Source: Deltaproteobacteria bacterium
GTDB lineage: Bacteria; Desulfobacterota; Syntrophobacteria; BM002
Length of the DNA stretch: 55,762 nucleotides
Assembly (NCBI GenBank): GCA_037384945.1
Contig: JARRNM010000019.1
Coordinates: 1 to 55,762, forward strand
Direction of reading: 5' to 3'
This document shows positions 21,793 through 31,850 of this stretch, in pieces. Numbering within the stretch: position 1 is the stretch's first letter; each line of letters begins with the position of its first letter. A program made the position numbers and the translations under genes. The notes below the pieces were generated by a model. The model was not told where the DNA came from, did no database searches, and worked only from the letters and a program-made list of their open reading frames with translations.

Positions 21793-22012
21793 CTAGCCCG
21801 TATATTTCATGAATCACTTACTGCGATCGTGGATATGGCCTCCCTTCCGGGCGTCCTCGGGTGTTCCTTCGGCAGGCTCAGGACAAGCTCACTCTGCGAC
21901 GTACCGTTCAGGTACGCCTCAGGGCCAATCCCGCGGTACCGCGGGACGGTTGCCCGGTGGCACTCCCATCTTCACGGTCTCGCGACAGCAATTCATGAAA
22001 CATCCGAGCTAG
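21793..22012. mobile_element. MITE family B, copy 2
   Basis: CTAGCCCGTATATTTCATGAAT...AATTCATGAAACATCCGAGCTAG. Confidence 0.88.
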
Positions 22013-22319
22013 AGCAAAAATCATTGGCAGCGGAAGGGTCGACAAGCTAAAATACGAGCTTATCTTCTGAGGGGACAACCATGAGCAAAAAGTTCGGTTT
22101 TGAACCGCCCATATGCAGCTATAAACAAAGGGAACGGTACAAGGTACAGGGCGCAGGGCACAAGGCCAACCCCACATTAAACTTATATTTTTCTTATGCC
22201 TAAAGCCTTATGCCTTAATTTCGTCTGCCATAAGCCACTGAGGCCCGACCCCAGCAAAGCGGGGTCTCTAATTGACAGAGACATGCTGATTTTCCTGATT
22301 GAATAGTTTGGAGGACCTG

Positions 22320-25192
22320 ATGAAAATCGTCCACGGCTTCGAACCCATCAGACAGCAGCCTATTCCTGAACTGAACACCGCAGCCGAACTTTATCGCCAC
22401 GAGAAAACAGGAGCGCAACTGCTCTCCCTTATTAATAAAGACGAAAATAAGGTTTTTGGCGTCACCTTTCGTACGCCTCCCACTGATTCAACCGGCGTAC
22501 CGCACATTTTGGAACACTCGGTGCTCTGCGGCTCCCGCAAGTATCCAGTAAAAGAACCCTTTGTCGAGCTGATGAAAGGCTCCCTGCAAACCTTTCTCAA
22601 CGCTTTTACCTATCCAGACAAGACCTGTTATCCAGTAGCAAGCCAAAATCTGAGAGACTTTTACAACCTCATAGATGTTTATCTGGATGCGGTCCTCTAC
22701 CCCCGGCTGACCCCATTCACTCTCAAACAAGAGGGGTGGCACTTCGAGGTGGAAGCACCGGATGAACCACTTGTTTATAAAGGGGTCGTCTTCAACGAAA
22801 TGAAAGGCGCCTATTCATCCCCTGACAGGGTTATGGCCCAATACAGCCAGCAGTCACTTTTCCCTCACAATCCTTACGGTTTCGATTCTGGAGGAATACC
22901 TGAACACATCCCCAACCTCACCTTTGAACAGTTTCAAGCATTTCACCAAAAGTACTACCATCCTTCCAATGCCCGCATCTTCTTTCACGGCGACGATGAC
23001 CCGGAACAACGACTCCGCTTAGTGAATGATTATCTCAAAGACTTTGACCGGCAGGACATCGATTCGACCATTTCTCTCCAGCCTTTATTTGATGGACCCC
23101 AGCGGATTGTCCGGTCTTTCGCTGCCGGATCGGACGGTGACAGCAAATGGCAGAGACAAATATCCTTTTGAGAATACTCAACTACATCCTGCTCGGCATG
23201 CCAGGTTCTCCTTTGCGCAAAGCGCTGATTGACTCCGGGTTGGGCGAGGATCTAGCTGGCGTTGGCCTCGAGGATGAACTGCGTCAGATGTATTTTTCAA
23301 CCGGACTCAAAGGTATAGAAACAGCAAATGGTGAGCGTATCGAAGAACTTATTCTGCAAACATTAGATAAATTGGCAAGAGATGGCATTGAAGGGGCAAC
23401 CGTGGACGCGGCCCTGAATACGTTAGAATTTCGCCTCAGGGAGAATAACTCCAGAGGTTATCCCCAAGGTCTGTTGCTCATGCTACGCAGTCTGACTACC
23501 TGGCTCTACGACGGTGATCCCTTGGCTTTACTCGCCTTCGAGACTCCCCTGACGAAAGTGAAATCTCAGTTGGCCAGTAATCCTTCCCTATTTGAGACCA
23601 TAATCGAGCGATATTTTTTGAGCAACCCTCACCGGGTCACCCTGGTCTTGGAGCCGGACCCAGCCCTTGCCGAAAAAGAAGAGGCCAAAGAGCGGGAACG
23701 ATTGGCGGAAATCCGTTCGACCATGGACCGGGAAGAACTGCAAAGGGCGATTGGGCAGACCAATGAACTCAAACTAGTCCAACAGATTCTGGACCCACCA
23801 GAGGCCTTAAAGGCAATTCCGACTCTGCAGCTCAGCGATCTGGAACGGAAAAACAGGACTATCCCCCTGGAAATCTCAGAAGAGCAGCAAACCAAGATCC
23901 ATTTTCACAACTTGGCCACCCGTTCCATTGCCTACTTGGATGTGGGCTTTGACTTGCGGGCAGTCGAACAGGAATACTTGCCTTATGTATCGCTTTTTGG
24001 CCGCTCTCTGGTTGAGCTGGGCACAGAGCAGGAAGACTTTGTGTCGCTGACGCAACGCATTGGCAGCGAGACAGGAGGCATTTATTCTCAATCCTTCTCT
24101 TCAGCTGTGAGAGGGCAACAGGGAACCGCATGTTGGCTCTTTCTACGTGGCAAAGCCATGGTGGTCAAAAGTCAAAAGCTCTTGAGCATCTTAAGAGACA
24201 TTCTCCTATCCGTTAAATTGGACAATAAAGAGCGTTTTCAGCAGATGGTAATGGAGGAAAAAGCCCGACAAGAACAGAGGCTTGTTCCGGAAGGGCACCA
24301 GGTGGTCAATTTGCGCTTGCGCTCCCATTTCAGTGAGGCCGACTGGGCTGCAGAGCAGATGAGAGGGGTGAGTTATCTGTTCTTTCTTAAAGAGCTCAGC
24401 CGAAAAATCGATGCAGACTGGCCTGGTGTACTCGCCACTTTACAACACCTAAAAAGAACTCTGGTTAACCGGCAAAACATGTTAGTGAACATTACCTGCG
24501 ACGGTCATGATTGGGCCCAACTTAAGCCGCTCCTCAGCGGCTTTTTGGAGGAGTTGCCCTCTACCCCTGTCCATATATTCCAGTGGTCCCCTACACAAAT
24601 AGCACCTTTTGAAGGAATGATAATCCCCTCACAGGTGAACTATGTGGGCAAGGGGGCCAATCTCTACCAGCTTGGCTATCACCTGCACGGCTCGGTTCAG
24701 GTGATCTCTCGTTATATTAAGACAGGCTGGTTATGGGACCAAGTTCGTGTTCAGGGAGGAGCCTACGGTGCCTTCTCTGTCTTTAACTACCTTTCCGGCA
24801 CCTTCACCTTCCTTTCTTACCGGGACCCCAATCTCACGAAGACAATCGATGTGTTCGACGAAACGGCTAAATTCCTCCGGTCAGGCAACTTGACTAGTGA
24901 AGAGATCACCAAGAGTATAATCGGTACAATCGGCGACCTAGATATGCATCTTCTTCCTGATGCCAAGGGATATACTTCAATGGTGCGCTATCTCACCAAT
25001 GACAGCGAAGAGAATCGACAAGTATTCAGAGAAGAAGTGCTCAATACCTCAGCGGGAGACTTCGAAAATTTTGCCCATGCTTTAGCTGCGTTGAAGGACA
25101 ACGGATTGGTGAAGGTAATGGGCTCAGCCAGTGCTATGGAGAGTGCGGCTGCTCAAAAGGAGGGGTGGCTGGAGGTTTTTAGGGTGTTATAG
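22320..25192 (+). pseudogene. Insulinase/presequence protease (peptidase M16C, PreP-like), split by a frameshift near 23147
   Basis: The N-terminal part has HILEH and LNAFTYPDKTCYP. The C-terminal part (23147-25192) has VRVQGGAYG and SYRDPNL. The two frames differ at GACAGCAAATGGCAGAG. Confidence 0.82.
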
Positions 25193-25193
25193 A

Positions 25194-25670
25194 TTAAAGC
25201 ACCGGCCCTGAGCCCTTCTTGATCAGAATGTGATACCCCTTCAATCTGTCTTCGGGGGGTAGATTACGAAGGTCATCGAGTACGAGAAGGATTCCACCGT
25301 CTCGCAGCAATTCCTCGTTGTCGAGCATCTTTAGGGTGTAGTCCCGGATCATCCCGTGATAAGGCTCTTCAAGATCGACGAACTTTATACCTGCCACATG
25401 GTATCCTGCCTCCCCGCCCTGCTCATCTTCGTCAGTGCGAGAATACAATACTTCTCCAGCCAGCTGGATTGAATTGAGAGTGCCCGGCAAGAGAAACTCC
25501 AGGTTTACCCTCTCTCCAGGGTGCAGCGGCTCGGCCGACTTGATAAAAATTCCCTCGGTACCGAGGTTTATAATTTTTGCCTTAAGCGTGGACCCGTCAG
25601 CCAGATCAAAGCGTACGTCCAGATTGACCGGCACCCTCAAACTCTTTCTCTTGCTTCTATCCCCTTCCAT
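25194..25670 (-). CDS. PilZ domain protein
   Basis: KRKSLR and NLGTEGIF motifs, plus GIKF. Confidence 0.85.
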   Translation of the reverse strand: MEGDRSKRKSLRVPVNLDVRFDLADGSTLKAKIINLGTEGIFIKSAEPLHPGERVNLEFLLPGTLNSIQLAGEVLYSRTDEDEQGGEAGYHVAGIKFVDLEEPYHGMIRDYTLKMLDNEELLRDGGILLVLDDLRNLPPEDRLKGYHILIKKGSGPVL

Positions 25671-25705
25671 GACCTCTTTTTCCCTTTTGTGCCAATTTTA
25701 TCAGC

Positions 25706-26563
25706 TCAACTCTTCTGGGCCCAATCTTCTATCTCCGAAGCCTCATACTCTTCCTGCTTCAGGGCCAGGTCAAGTGATAACAGAAGGCCAGCGTGTTTCT
25801 GGGTTTCACTCTCTCCCTGGAACTTAAGGTGTTTCTCCCGCGCTGCTCGCACATCCTCAAGTCCCTTTTGAAGAGCAGCTTGAACAGATTCGTTCTTTTC
25901 TAATCCGCTTGCCTCAAAGCGAGGCGTGATGCCGTTTTCAGCCGCTTGCTCGGCCAGATGAGCAAGCTGCTTCATCTTGGTCATGGCAAAATCCATCATT
26001 TGCCAGCCAAGCATGCCTTCCTTCTGAAAAACCCAGGAACCACGAATGTGCTGTAACATCTCAGTGTATTTGCTTGCCACCAGTGCCTGCAAACGCTCCA
26101 CAAATCCCTCCGGGAGTTCGTTCTCCTCTCCCGGAAGCCCCTCAGCTAGATCGGGTGTCAGCTTATCGAGAATTCGCTGAAACTTTTTCGCATGGTACTC
26201 GGATTCCCAAGCCTCCCTCTGCAAGACCCTCTTGATGTGACGATCGTCCACTTTATCAGCCTCACCCATATAATGAGGTATCAGCTTCAGTTCATAATCA
26301 ACATATGATTTAAAAATGGCGGCCCGATTCTTGGGGTTAAAGGGGTAAGGAGCGGGCGTCAGGTTGGGTTCCCCTCCCAGATTCCCGACAATCATACCCA
26401 ACCAGTGCATGTGCCACATTTCTTCTCTGGCTCGTGAGAGCAAGCTGGCGCCCAGGGGTGTGTCCTCCCCCTCCAGATAGCCGTGAACCACATAACGCAG
26501 GATGGCTGCGTGCTCATCAGCCATGTCTTTATTCAACATTGCAATCAGTTCTTCTTTGTTCAT
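25706..26563 (-). CDS. Tandem ferritin-like (bacterioferritin-like) domain protein
   Basis: DEHAAILRY, EEMWH and ESEYH in domain 1; the second domain is a degenerate repeat. RBS GGAGG. Confidence 0.82.
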   Translation of the reverse strand: MNKEELIAMLNKDMADEHAAILRYVVHGYLEGEDTPLGASLLSRAREEMWHMHWLGMIVGNLGGEPNLTPAPYPFNPKNRAAIFKSYVDYELKLIPHYMGEADKVDDRHIKRVLQREAWESEYHAKKFQRILDKLTPDLAEGLPGEENELPEGFVERLQALVASKYTEMLQHIRGSWVFQKEGMLGWQMMDFAMTKMKQLAHLAEQAAENGITPRFEASGLEKNESVQAALQKGLEDVRAAREKHLKFQGESETQKHAGLLLSLDLALKQEEYEASEIEDWAQKS

Positions 26564-26682
26564 GCCTAACCTCCACCTGTTGTCTACAGTGAAATATCCA
26601 GAATAAGCAGAAAATCCGCGTCCCAAAGACTTAGCCAGCCCCAGAGGGGGTTTCCATAGTTTTTCTCTTATGTGACAGTAGG

Positions 26683-26830
26683 CTGGAGTGATGGAGTCCA
26701 GCGATTTTAGATCTTAGAATTCAGATTTCAGATTTAAGAATTCAGAACCCAGTGGCGAGGAATCGATTTATCCTCGATCTGCAATCAGCAATCTGAAATC
26801 ATAAATAATAGTTCCTCCAATACTCCAGTA
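26683..26830. repeat. Composite palindromic 8-mer/7-mer element (family D)
   Basis: ctggagtgatggagtc..gattttagat ... aatctgaaat..ctccaatactccag; same architecture at 51443-51567. Confidence 0.65.
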
Positions 26831-26976
26831 GCACTGGTCGTCGTGACCAGCGAAACCATTTAAACTCGACCTTGCCCAGCCTCCGGCCCCTAGGACCTAC
26901 GGCCCGGAGGGAGGACCAGGTTTTCTGTAATCAAATAATAGTTTTTCCATTCAGAACTAGTCAAGACTTATTAAGC

Positions 26977-27289
26977 CAGGAGTTTCCCCAAAAATCAGTG
27001 GCTCAGACCTTCCGTCAGCCCTGTTGAATTCCGCTACGCGGACCCACCGAAGGTGGGATTCAACAGGGCAGGTCACTCTGAAGAGACATCAGCAAAGGCC
27101 AAAAGGGGAAGCTGCGAAACAACGAGCATCTGAGCAATCGATCTTCACTGTCTCAGCCTCGAGAGGGTCTGCATGAAGATATGGTGCTCACTAAACAGTA
27201 ATCCTGCCAATTGATGGCGCGAATCATGTTCGTTGTGGAGTAGCTTCCCCCTGGCCTGTGTCTCTAAAATATTTTTGGTGAAACTCCTA
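26977..27289. mobile_element. MITE family C, copy 2 (shortest)
   Basis: AGGAGTTTCCCCAAAAA...TTTTTGGTGAAACTCCT. Confidence 0.88.
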
Positions 27290-27389
27290 TTTTAAGCCCT
27301 AAAGAGCAAGAGCCAGCTCTCAGGAGAGACTGGCTTTAGCTGCTTGCCTGCAACCATAGGCTAATCATACTTACGGCCACAAGGCCGCT

Positions 27390-27764
27390 TTAGCTGAGAC
27401 CCAGTTTCTTGCCAATCCAGCCTTTAAGCTCTTCACTAATCCCATATGTACCCTTCCTGCCGCCCCAGGATGCAACTTCCCTCGCGAGAAGCTCAGGCGG
27501 CACTTCCACTTCGCCCAGAATTTCATCTTCCGCCATGCTCTGCCTAACCAGAACTATCTTTGCCGGAGTCTTCCATGCATCAAGGGTGAAATAGCAGCTA
27601 ACATCGCTGGCAGACCGGGCAAAGTCCCTGCCATGGGCCCAAGAGGACCCCCATTCCAGATAAAGGGACACCGCTTTCTCCGGACTCATCTCCAAATTCA
27701 GGCAGCCCATAATTTCACCGTTTTTCCTGATATCTTCCATACTAAGCATTGACTGGCTCCTCAT
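27390..27764 (-). CDS. DVU0772-like protein
   Basis: MSPEKAVSLYLEWG and YFTLDAW motifs resemble the Desulfovibrio DVU0772 family; adjacent to rubrerythrin. Confidence 0.7.
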   Translation of the reverse strand: MRSQSMLSMEDIRKNGEIMGCLNLEMSPEKAVSLYLEWGSSWAHGRDFARSASDVSCYFTLDAWKTPAKIVLVRQSMAEDEILGEVEVPPELLAREVASWGGRKGTYGISEELKGWIGKKLGLS

Positions 27765-27867
27765 CTAAGGCTACTGGAAGCGGCAGGCACAATAAACATG
27801 ATTAGTTTGTTTGCACCCAGGGAATGAATCCACCGGGTTAATCTTTCTCTTAAGTGGTTTTCAACCC

Positions 27868-28362
27868 CTAGTCTACTTTGAAAAAGGCGCTGGCCTTGGC
27901 ACCACATACCGGACATCTATCCGGCGGTTCATTCTCAACTGTCATACCGCATACACTGCAGACATAGTAGTCAGCCTCTTCGAGGCTGTCCAGATTGTCT
28001 AAGGCCTTCTGATAAAGCTCGGCATGAATCTTCTCCACCTCATTGGCAAAGGTGAAGCTTCTCTCCGCTGTTTTGTTGCCCTCCTCTTTGGCTTCCTCAA
28101 TCATTACAGGATACATGTTTTTGAACTCGTGGGTTTCACCAGCCACTGCCACTTTGAGGTTATCGGTGGTGGAACCAATCTCCCCAAGAGCCTTCAAGTG
28201 CGCGTGGGCATGGACGGTTTCGGCCTCAGCCGCGGCGCGAAAAAGTTTGGCAACCTGAGAATATCCATCCCTCTCGGCCTTCTTGGCGAAAGCAAGATAC
28301 TTGCGATTAGCTTGAGACTCCCCGGCAAATGCATCCCTCAAATTTTGCTCTGACTTAGACAT
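27868..28362 (-). CDS. rbr: Rubrerythrin
   Basis: AFAGESQANRKY, EAETVHA, GETHE and EKIHA motifs with a C-terminal CSVCG...CPVCG. Confidence 0.95.
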   Translation of the reverse strand: MSKSEQNLRDAFAGESQANRKYLAFAKKAERDGYSQVAKLFRAAAEAETVHAHAHLKALGEIGSTTDNLKVAVAGETHEFKNMYPVMIEEAKEEGNKTAERSFTFANEVEKIHAELYQKALDNLDSLEEADYYVCSVCGMTVENEPPDRCPVCGAKASAFFKVD

Positions 28363-29191
28363 CAAATTCCTCCTTTTTTAATGATATTAGATTTTCTGTC
28401 AGTTTTTCTGCTACAAAGGTCAAACCTTCAAGATCCAAATATTCCAAGGCAGACTCATCAAAAAGAACCTTGGTCTGCGAATCAAACCCTTCTTCCTTAT
28501 CTTCATCCCAAAAGAGCAGGAGAAGCGGTATTTTAGGTAACGGTTGAAACCGATAGGCAAGATCTGCATTATGACCATCCGCCACCGGAGAACCGCCCAG
28601 TTTTCCACATGCTGCGTCCAGTTCCCTTTGCGCTCCGGCAAAGACCTGGTTAATCCGACGGTGACATCCCTCTTCAAGGGCGACCCGCTTGGATAGGGAA
28701 TTGGGGAAACTCTCCAGTCCCACCCACCTGCCGCTCAATGGTTTTGAGCCGGAGAAAAAGATGTAATTATAGAGCAGCACCTCATCCCAGGGATCGAATT
28801 CTTCGTCCTTATCTCTCATTATACCGGTATGTCTCACGGTGACGACTCGACCAAAGTAAGGAATTATTAGACCTTCTACCCCATCGTTTACCGAATAGCC
28901 GACCTCAAGCCCTGAATGAATTGCCTCGAAATCGTGGTTCCTGATTTTCTCTTTCAAGTACTCCCGGGTTATTTTGTGGTTCTCTTTCTTGACGTAAACA
29001 CCTTTTTCTCTCTGTCTCTTGAGGGCCTCCTCTATTTCTTTGCGAGCAGCCTCTTCCAGGTGCGGACAGTCTTTTACTTCATAACCATAGCCCACCACCT
29101 GGGCGGCAAAGGCTAGACAAGAGGGCTGACCACAATCACCACAGTTTGTCGCCGGCAATCTTTTGTAAAGATCAACAGGTCCCAATCGCAT
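28355..29191 (-). CDS. Putative Fe-S domain plus DUF3786 protein
   Basis: LPATNCGDCGQPSCLAFA...CPH N-terminal domain; PLPKIP...WDED...VLFD...YLD C-terminal domain. Confidence 0.85.
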   Translation of the reverse strand: MRLGPVDLYKRLPATNCGDCGQPSCLAFAAQVVGYGYEVKDCPHLEEAARKEIEEALKRQREKGVYVKKENHKITREYLKEKIRNHDFEAIHSGLEVGYSVNDGVEGLIIPYFGRVVTVRHTGIMRDKDEEFDPWDEVLLYNYIFFSGSKPLSGRWVGLESFPNSLSKRVALEEGCHRRINQVFAGAQRELDAACGKLGGSPVADGHNADLAYRFQPLPKIPLLLLFWDEDKEEGFDSQTKVLFDESALEYLDLEGLTFVAEKLTENLISLKKEEFDV

Positions 29192-29209
29192 CAAATCTCT
29201 CCGTTACTC

Positions 29210-29317
29210 CTATTCTTTCTTCTCAAAGGTCTTTTTTTCGCCGCACTCCGGACACTTTTGCGGTTTGCATCTTCCCTCTTTTTCATGACCACAGGTTTTA
29301 CATTTAAAAGTAGCCAT
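29210..29317 (-). CDS. RCKP-type rubredoxin-like mini-protein (35 aa)
   Basis: Not in the ORF track. MATFKCKTCGHEKEGRCKPQKCPECGEKKTFEKKE; RBS GGAGGTG; TGATG overlap with the upstream gene. Confidence 0.85.
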   Translation of the reverse strand: MATFKCKTCGHEKEGRCKPQKCPECGEKKTFEKKE

Positions 29318-29571
29318 CATTTCACCTCCCTTATCTCTTCTCCCCACCAGCCTTTCTTGACATGAGCCTCCCGCTCCGCCTCGGCCAGTTTCTTTATTTT
29401 ATAGGCCGAATCCCGCAAAACAGCGTAGAGTATGCCGCAGCCCACATCTTCGCGCACAGCATCACCCTCGTCGGCAAGTTTCAGCATCCTTTGCACTATA
29501 TCAAGCGTTCTCTCTATGGTTTCGCTGCAAGCTCTCAAAACGGTTCGCTTTCTTGTCAGGGTGCCCACCAC
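29317..29571 (-). CDS. Small helical hypothetical protein
   Basis: LADEGDAVREDVGCGILYAVLRDSAY segment; tightly operonic. Start position uncertain. Confidence 0.75.
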   Translation of the reverse strand: MVGTLTRKRTVLRACSETIERTLDIVQRMLKLADEGDAVREDVGCGILYAVLRDSAYKIKKLAEAEREAHVKKGWWGEEIREVK

Positions 29572-29577
29572 CCAGCT

Positions 29578-29787
29578 TTAAGATTCATCTTCGGCAACCG
29601 AACCAGGCCCCCTGAGGGGTTTGAACATCTTCTTTCCAGCACCACAGGCAGGACATTTCCACTCCTCGGGTAAATCAGCAAAATTCGTCCCTTTGGGTAT
29701 CTTTCCCCGTCTGTCTCCCCGGTCCGGATCGTACAGACAACCGCAGTTAGTCATCTGACACTGAAACATTTCTTCCGGCTTGGCCAT
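29578..29787 (-). CDS. Rubredoxin (C-x4-C variant)
   Basis: CQMTNCG.LYDP..GD...IPKGT.F.DLPEEWKCPACG. Confidence 0.92.
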   Translation of the reverse strand: MAKPEEMFQCQMTNCGCLYDPDRGDRRGKIPKGTNFADLPEEWKCPACGAGKKMFKPLRGPGSVAEDES

Positions 29788-29819
29788 GTCAGCTCCTTTA
29801 ATGTCCTAATATCCCGCTT

Positions 29820-30020
29820 TTAAAGATGACACCCTTCAGCATACTCAGGGCAGACTGATGTAATATTGGCTCTGTGCACCTCCATGCACTCAGGACAGTT
29901 GATCTCGAGATTGTCCCCGTCAACTGTCCTAGCCTTTAACTCTTCAGCGCTCATATCCGAAACCGTACCGCTGGCGCAATGTGGACATGCTCCCCTGACT
30001 TCATATCTCCTTTTACTCAT
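29820..30020 (-). CDS. Small Cys-rich metal-ribbon protein
   Basis: CPHC...CPEC plus two further Cys; first gene of the operon. Confidence 0.7.
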   Translation of the reverse strand: MSKRRYEVRGACPHCASGTVSDMSAEELKARTVDGDNLEINCPECMEVHRANITSVCPEYAEGCHL

Positions 30021-30100
30021 TTTCCCTTCCAACTTTGTCCAAGCCCTCTAGTTGTAAAGGCGAATGATCCTCCTGGCAAAAACACTTTTAGTTTTTATAG

Positions 30101-30116
30101 ACCAAGATCCGTGCCA
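30101..30116 (-). promoter_or_regulatory. Putative sigma54 -24/-12 promoter
   Basis: TGGCACG-GATC-TTGGT, which deviates from TTGC at the -12 element. It lies about 80 bp upstream of the operon, next to a bEBP gene. Confidence 0.6.
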
Positions 30117-30215
30117 ACCTAAGACAAAGTAATAAATACTGGATTAAATATAATTATATTCATAGGTTATGACATAGTGAAAAGTGCGGACCTTGCCTTC
30201 ACCGTGGGATTTTCA

Positions 30216-30360
30216 TGAGACATTTGTGAGACACTTTTGAAGTGGATAAGGTTGGTTGTGGATAAGTATTTGTATTTTATAAGTATCTAATCCAAGGTAA
30301 TTTGACAGACCGATTAATTGTATCAAATTGATTATTGAGACACAACTGTCTCATGAGACA
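30216..30360. promoter_or_regulatory. Candidate enhancer (UAS): five TGAGACA heptamers
   Basis: Direct pair at 30216 and 30227; TGAGACA-CAAC-TGTCTCA-TGAGACA at 30336-30360. Confidence 0.55.
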
Positions 30361-31675
30361 TGGAAAAGTCTTCCAAAAAACGATAGAGGGTGGCACGGCC
30401 GACACCCAAATATCTGGCCGCCTTTGCCTTGTTGCCGCCCGTCACTCTTAGGGCTTCCCGGACCATCTCCGGGTTGAGTTTCCGAACTGGACCCCGGCGG
30501 GATCTACTTTCCTTCAGTTCCAGCGGCAGATCTTCAGCCCGGATCAGCTTACCTTTGCACTTGAAAAGAGAGTAGTGTATGGCATTTTGTAACTCTCGCA
30601 CATTCCCAGGCCAAGGATAGTCGAGCATTACGCCAAGGGCTTGTTTGGAGAGACCGGTAGTTTTCTGCCCCTGTTCACTCGCCTGACGCAAAAACTCTTC
30701 GGCCAGCAGGGGAATATCATTCTTGCGCTCACGGAGCGGCGGCAACTCAATGGGCACTACATTGAGTCTGTAGAAGAGATCTTCGCGGAAGTTCTTTCTT
30801 TCCACCTCTTTTTTCAAGTGGCGATTAGCGGCGCTGATCAACCGTACATCTACCTCGATTGTCTTTTCCCCGCCCACACGTTCAAAGGTTCCCTCCTGGA
30901 GGACACGAAGGAGATTCACCTGCATGCTCTTGGTAAGATCCACCACCTCATCCAGAAAGATGGTCCCCCCATTTGCCAGTTCAAAGCGTCCTTTCTTGTC
31001 ACGAATTGCCCCCGAAAATGCGCCCTTGACGTGTCCGAAAAGCTCGCTCTCCAATACACCTTCCGGCAGGGCACCACAGTTTATGGGAACGAAGGGTCCC
31101 CCACCCCGCTGACTCTCGTTATGGATTGCCGCCGCCACCAGCTCTTTACCAGTGCCAGTTTCTCCGGTAATGTGCACAGGGTAATCATTGGTAGCTAATT
31201 CCCTTATTTGTTCAAAGACCTGGAGCATTTTGTGGTCTTGGCCAATGATCCCGGAGAAGCTGGTGATTTTCCCTAACCTGATTTGCAGCCCAACCAGATC
31301 GGTTACGTCGCGAAAAGCTGCAAGTACACCGGTGAAACAACCGCTGTCATCGGTCATGCCAGTAACCGACATCTCAATACGTCGGGGATCGCCATCCTTA
31401 GTGAGAATGTTGAGGGGATAGTCAACACTGGTCCAAGAATTAGGCGGTTCACCGCAGAAAGAGCAACGCCCTCCGCAGAAGGGTGCTCCGAAGGCCTCGT
31501 GACAGTCCTTTCCCAGAATCTCCCTCCGGTCATATCCGGTAATCTGCTCAGCAGCCCGATTTATGATGTGGATTTTCCTTTCTATATCGTGAGCGATGAT
31601 TCCTTCCATAAGGCTGTCGAGGATTCGTTCCAGATTGGTCTTGTCGGCTAGAAGATTTTCCAGTTTAACGTCCAT
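30332..31675 (-). CDS. PAS-domain sigma54-dependent activator (OrpR-like Cys motif)
   Basis: PAS domain with C-x8-C-x3-C-x2-C, GETGTGKE, GAFSGA, WPGNVREL and a Fis-type HTH. Confidence 0.93.
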   Translation of the reverse strand: MDVKLENLLADKTNLERILDSLMEGIIAHDIERKIHIINRAAEQITGYDRREILGKDCHEAFGAPFCGGRCSFCGEPPNSWTSVDYPLNILTKDGDPRRIEMSVTGMTDDSGCFTGVLAAFRDVTDLVGLQIRLGKITSFSGIIGQDHKMLQVFEQIRELATNDYPVHITGETGTGKELVAAAIHNESQRGGGPFVPINCGALPEGVLESELFGHVKGAFSGAIRDKKGRFELANGGTIFLDEVVDLTKSMQVNLLRVLQEGTFERVGGEKTIEVDVRLISAANRHLKKEVERKNFREDLFYRLNVVPIELPPLRERKNDIPLLAEEFLRQASEQGQKTTGLSKQALGVMLDYPWPGNVRELQNAIHYSLFKCKGKLIRAEDLPLELKESRSRRGPVRKLNPEMVREALRVTGGNKAKAARYLGVGRATLYRFLEDFSMSHETVVSQ

Positions 31676-31850
31676 TGAATCTTGTACTCTCCTCCCACGT
31701 GGAACTGCTTTCGCCGTAAGCGCCCGGGCTGGTTATTTCGGTGTAGCCGATTATAACAGTGTAATCACTCTCGGGTTGACTTTCACCTTATCTTTTTGCC
31801 TTAATGGCAAAGAGAAATCAAGCCAGTATCAGGCAAAGGGGATACCAGCC

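Noticed and set aside
27791-27812. AATAAAC-N7-GTTTGTT palindrome upstream of the DVU0772-like gene as a PerR box
   Set aside because: Plausible by context, but the match is too loose to support without a PWM scan.
31596-31850. 85-aa N-terminal extension of the NTPase
   Set aside because: It overlaps the divergent regulator gene; homology starts at ATG 31851.
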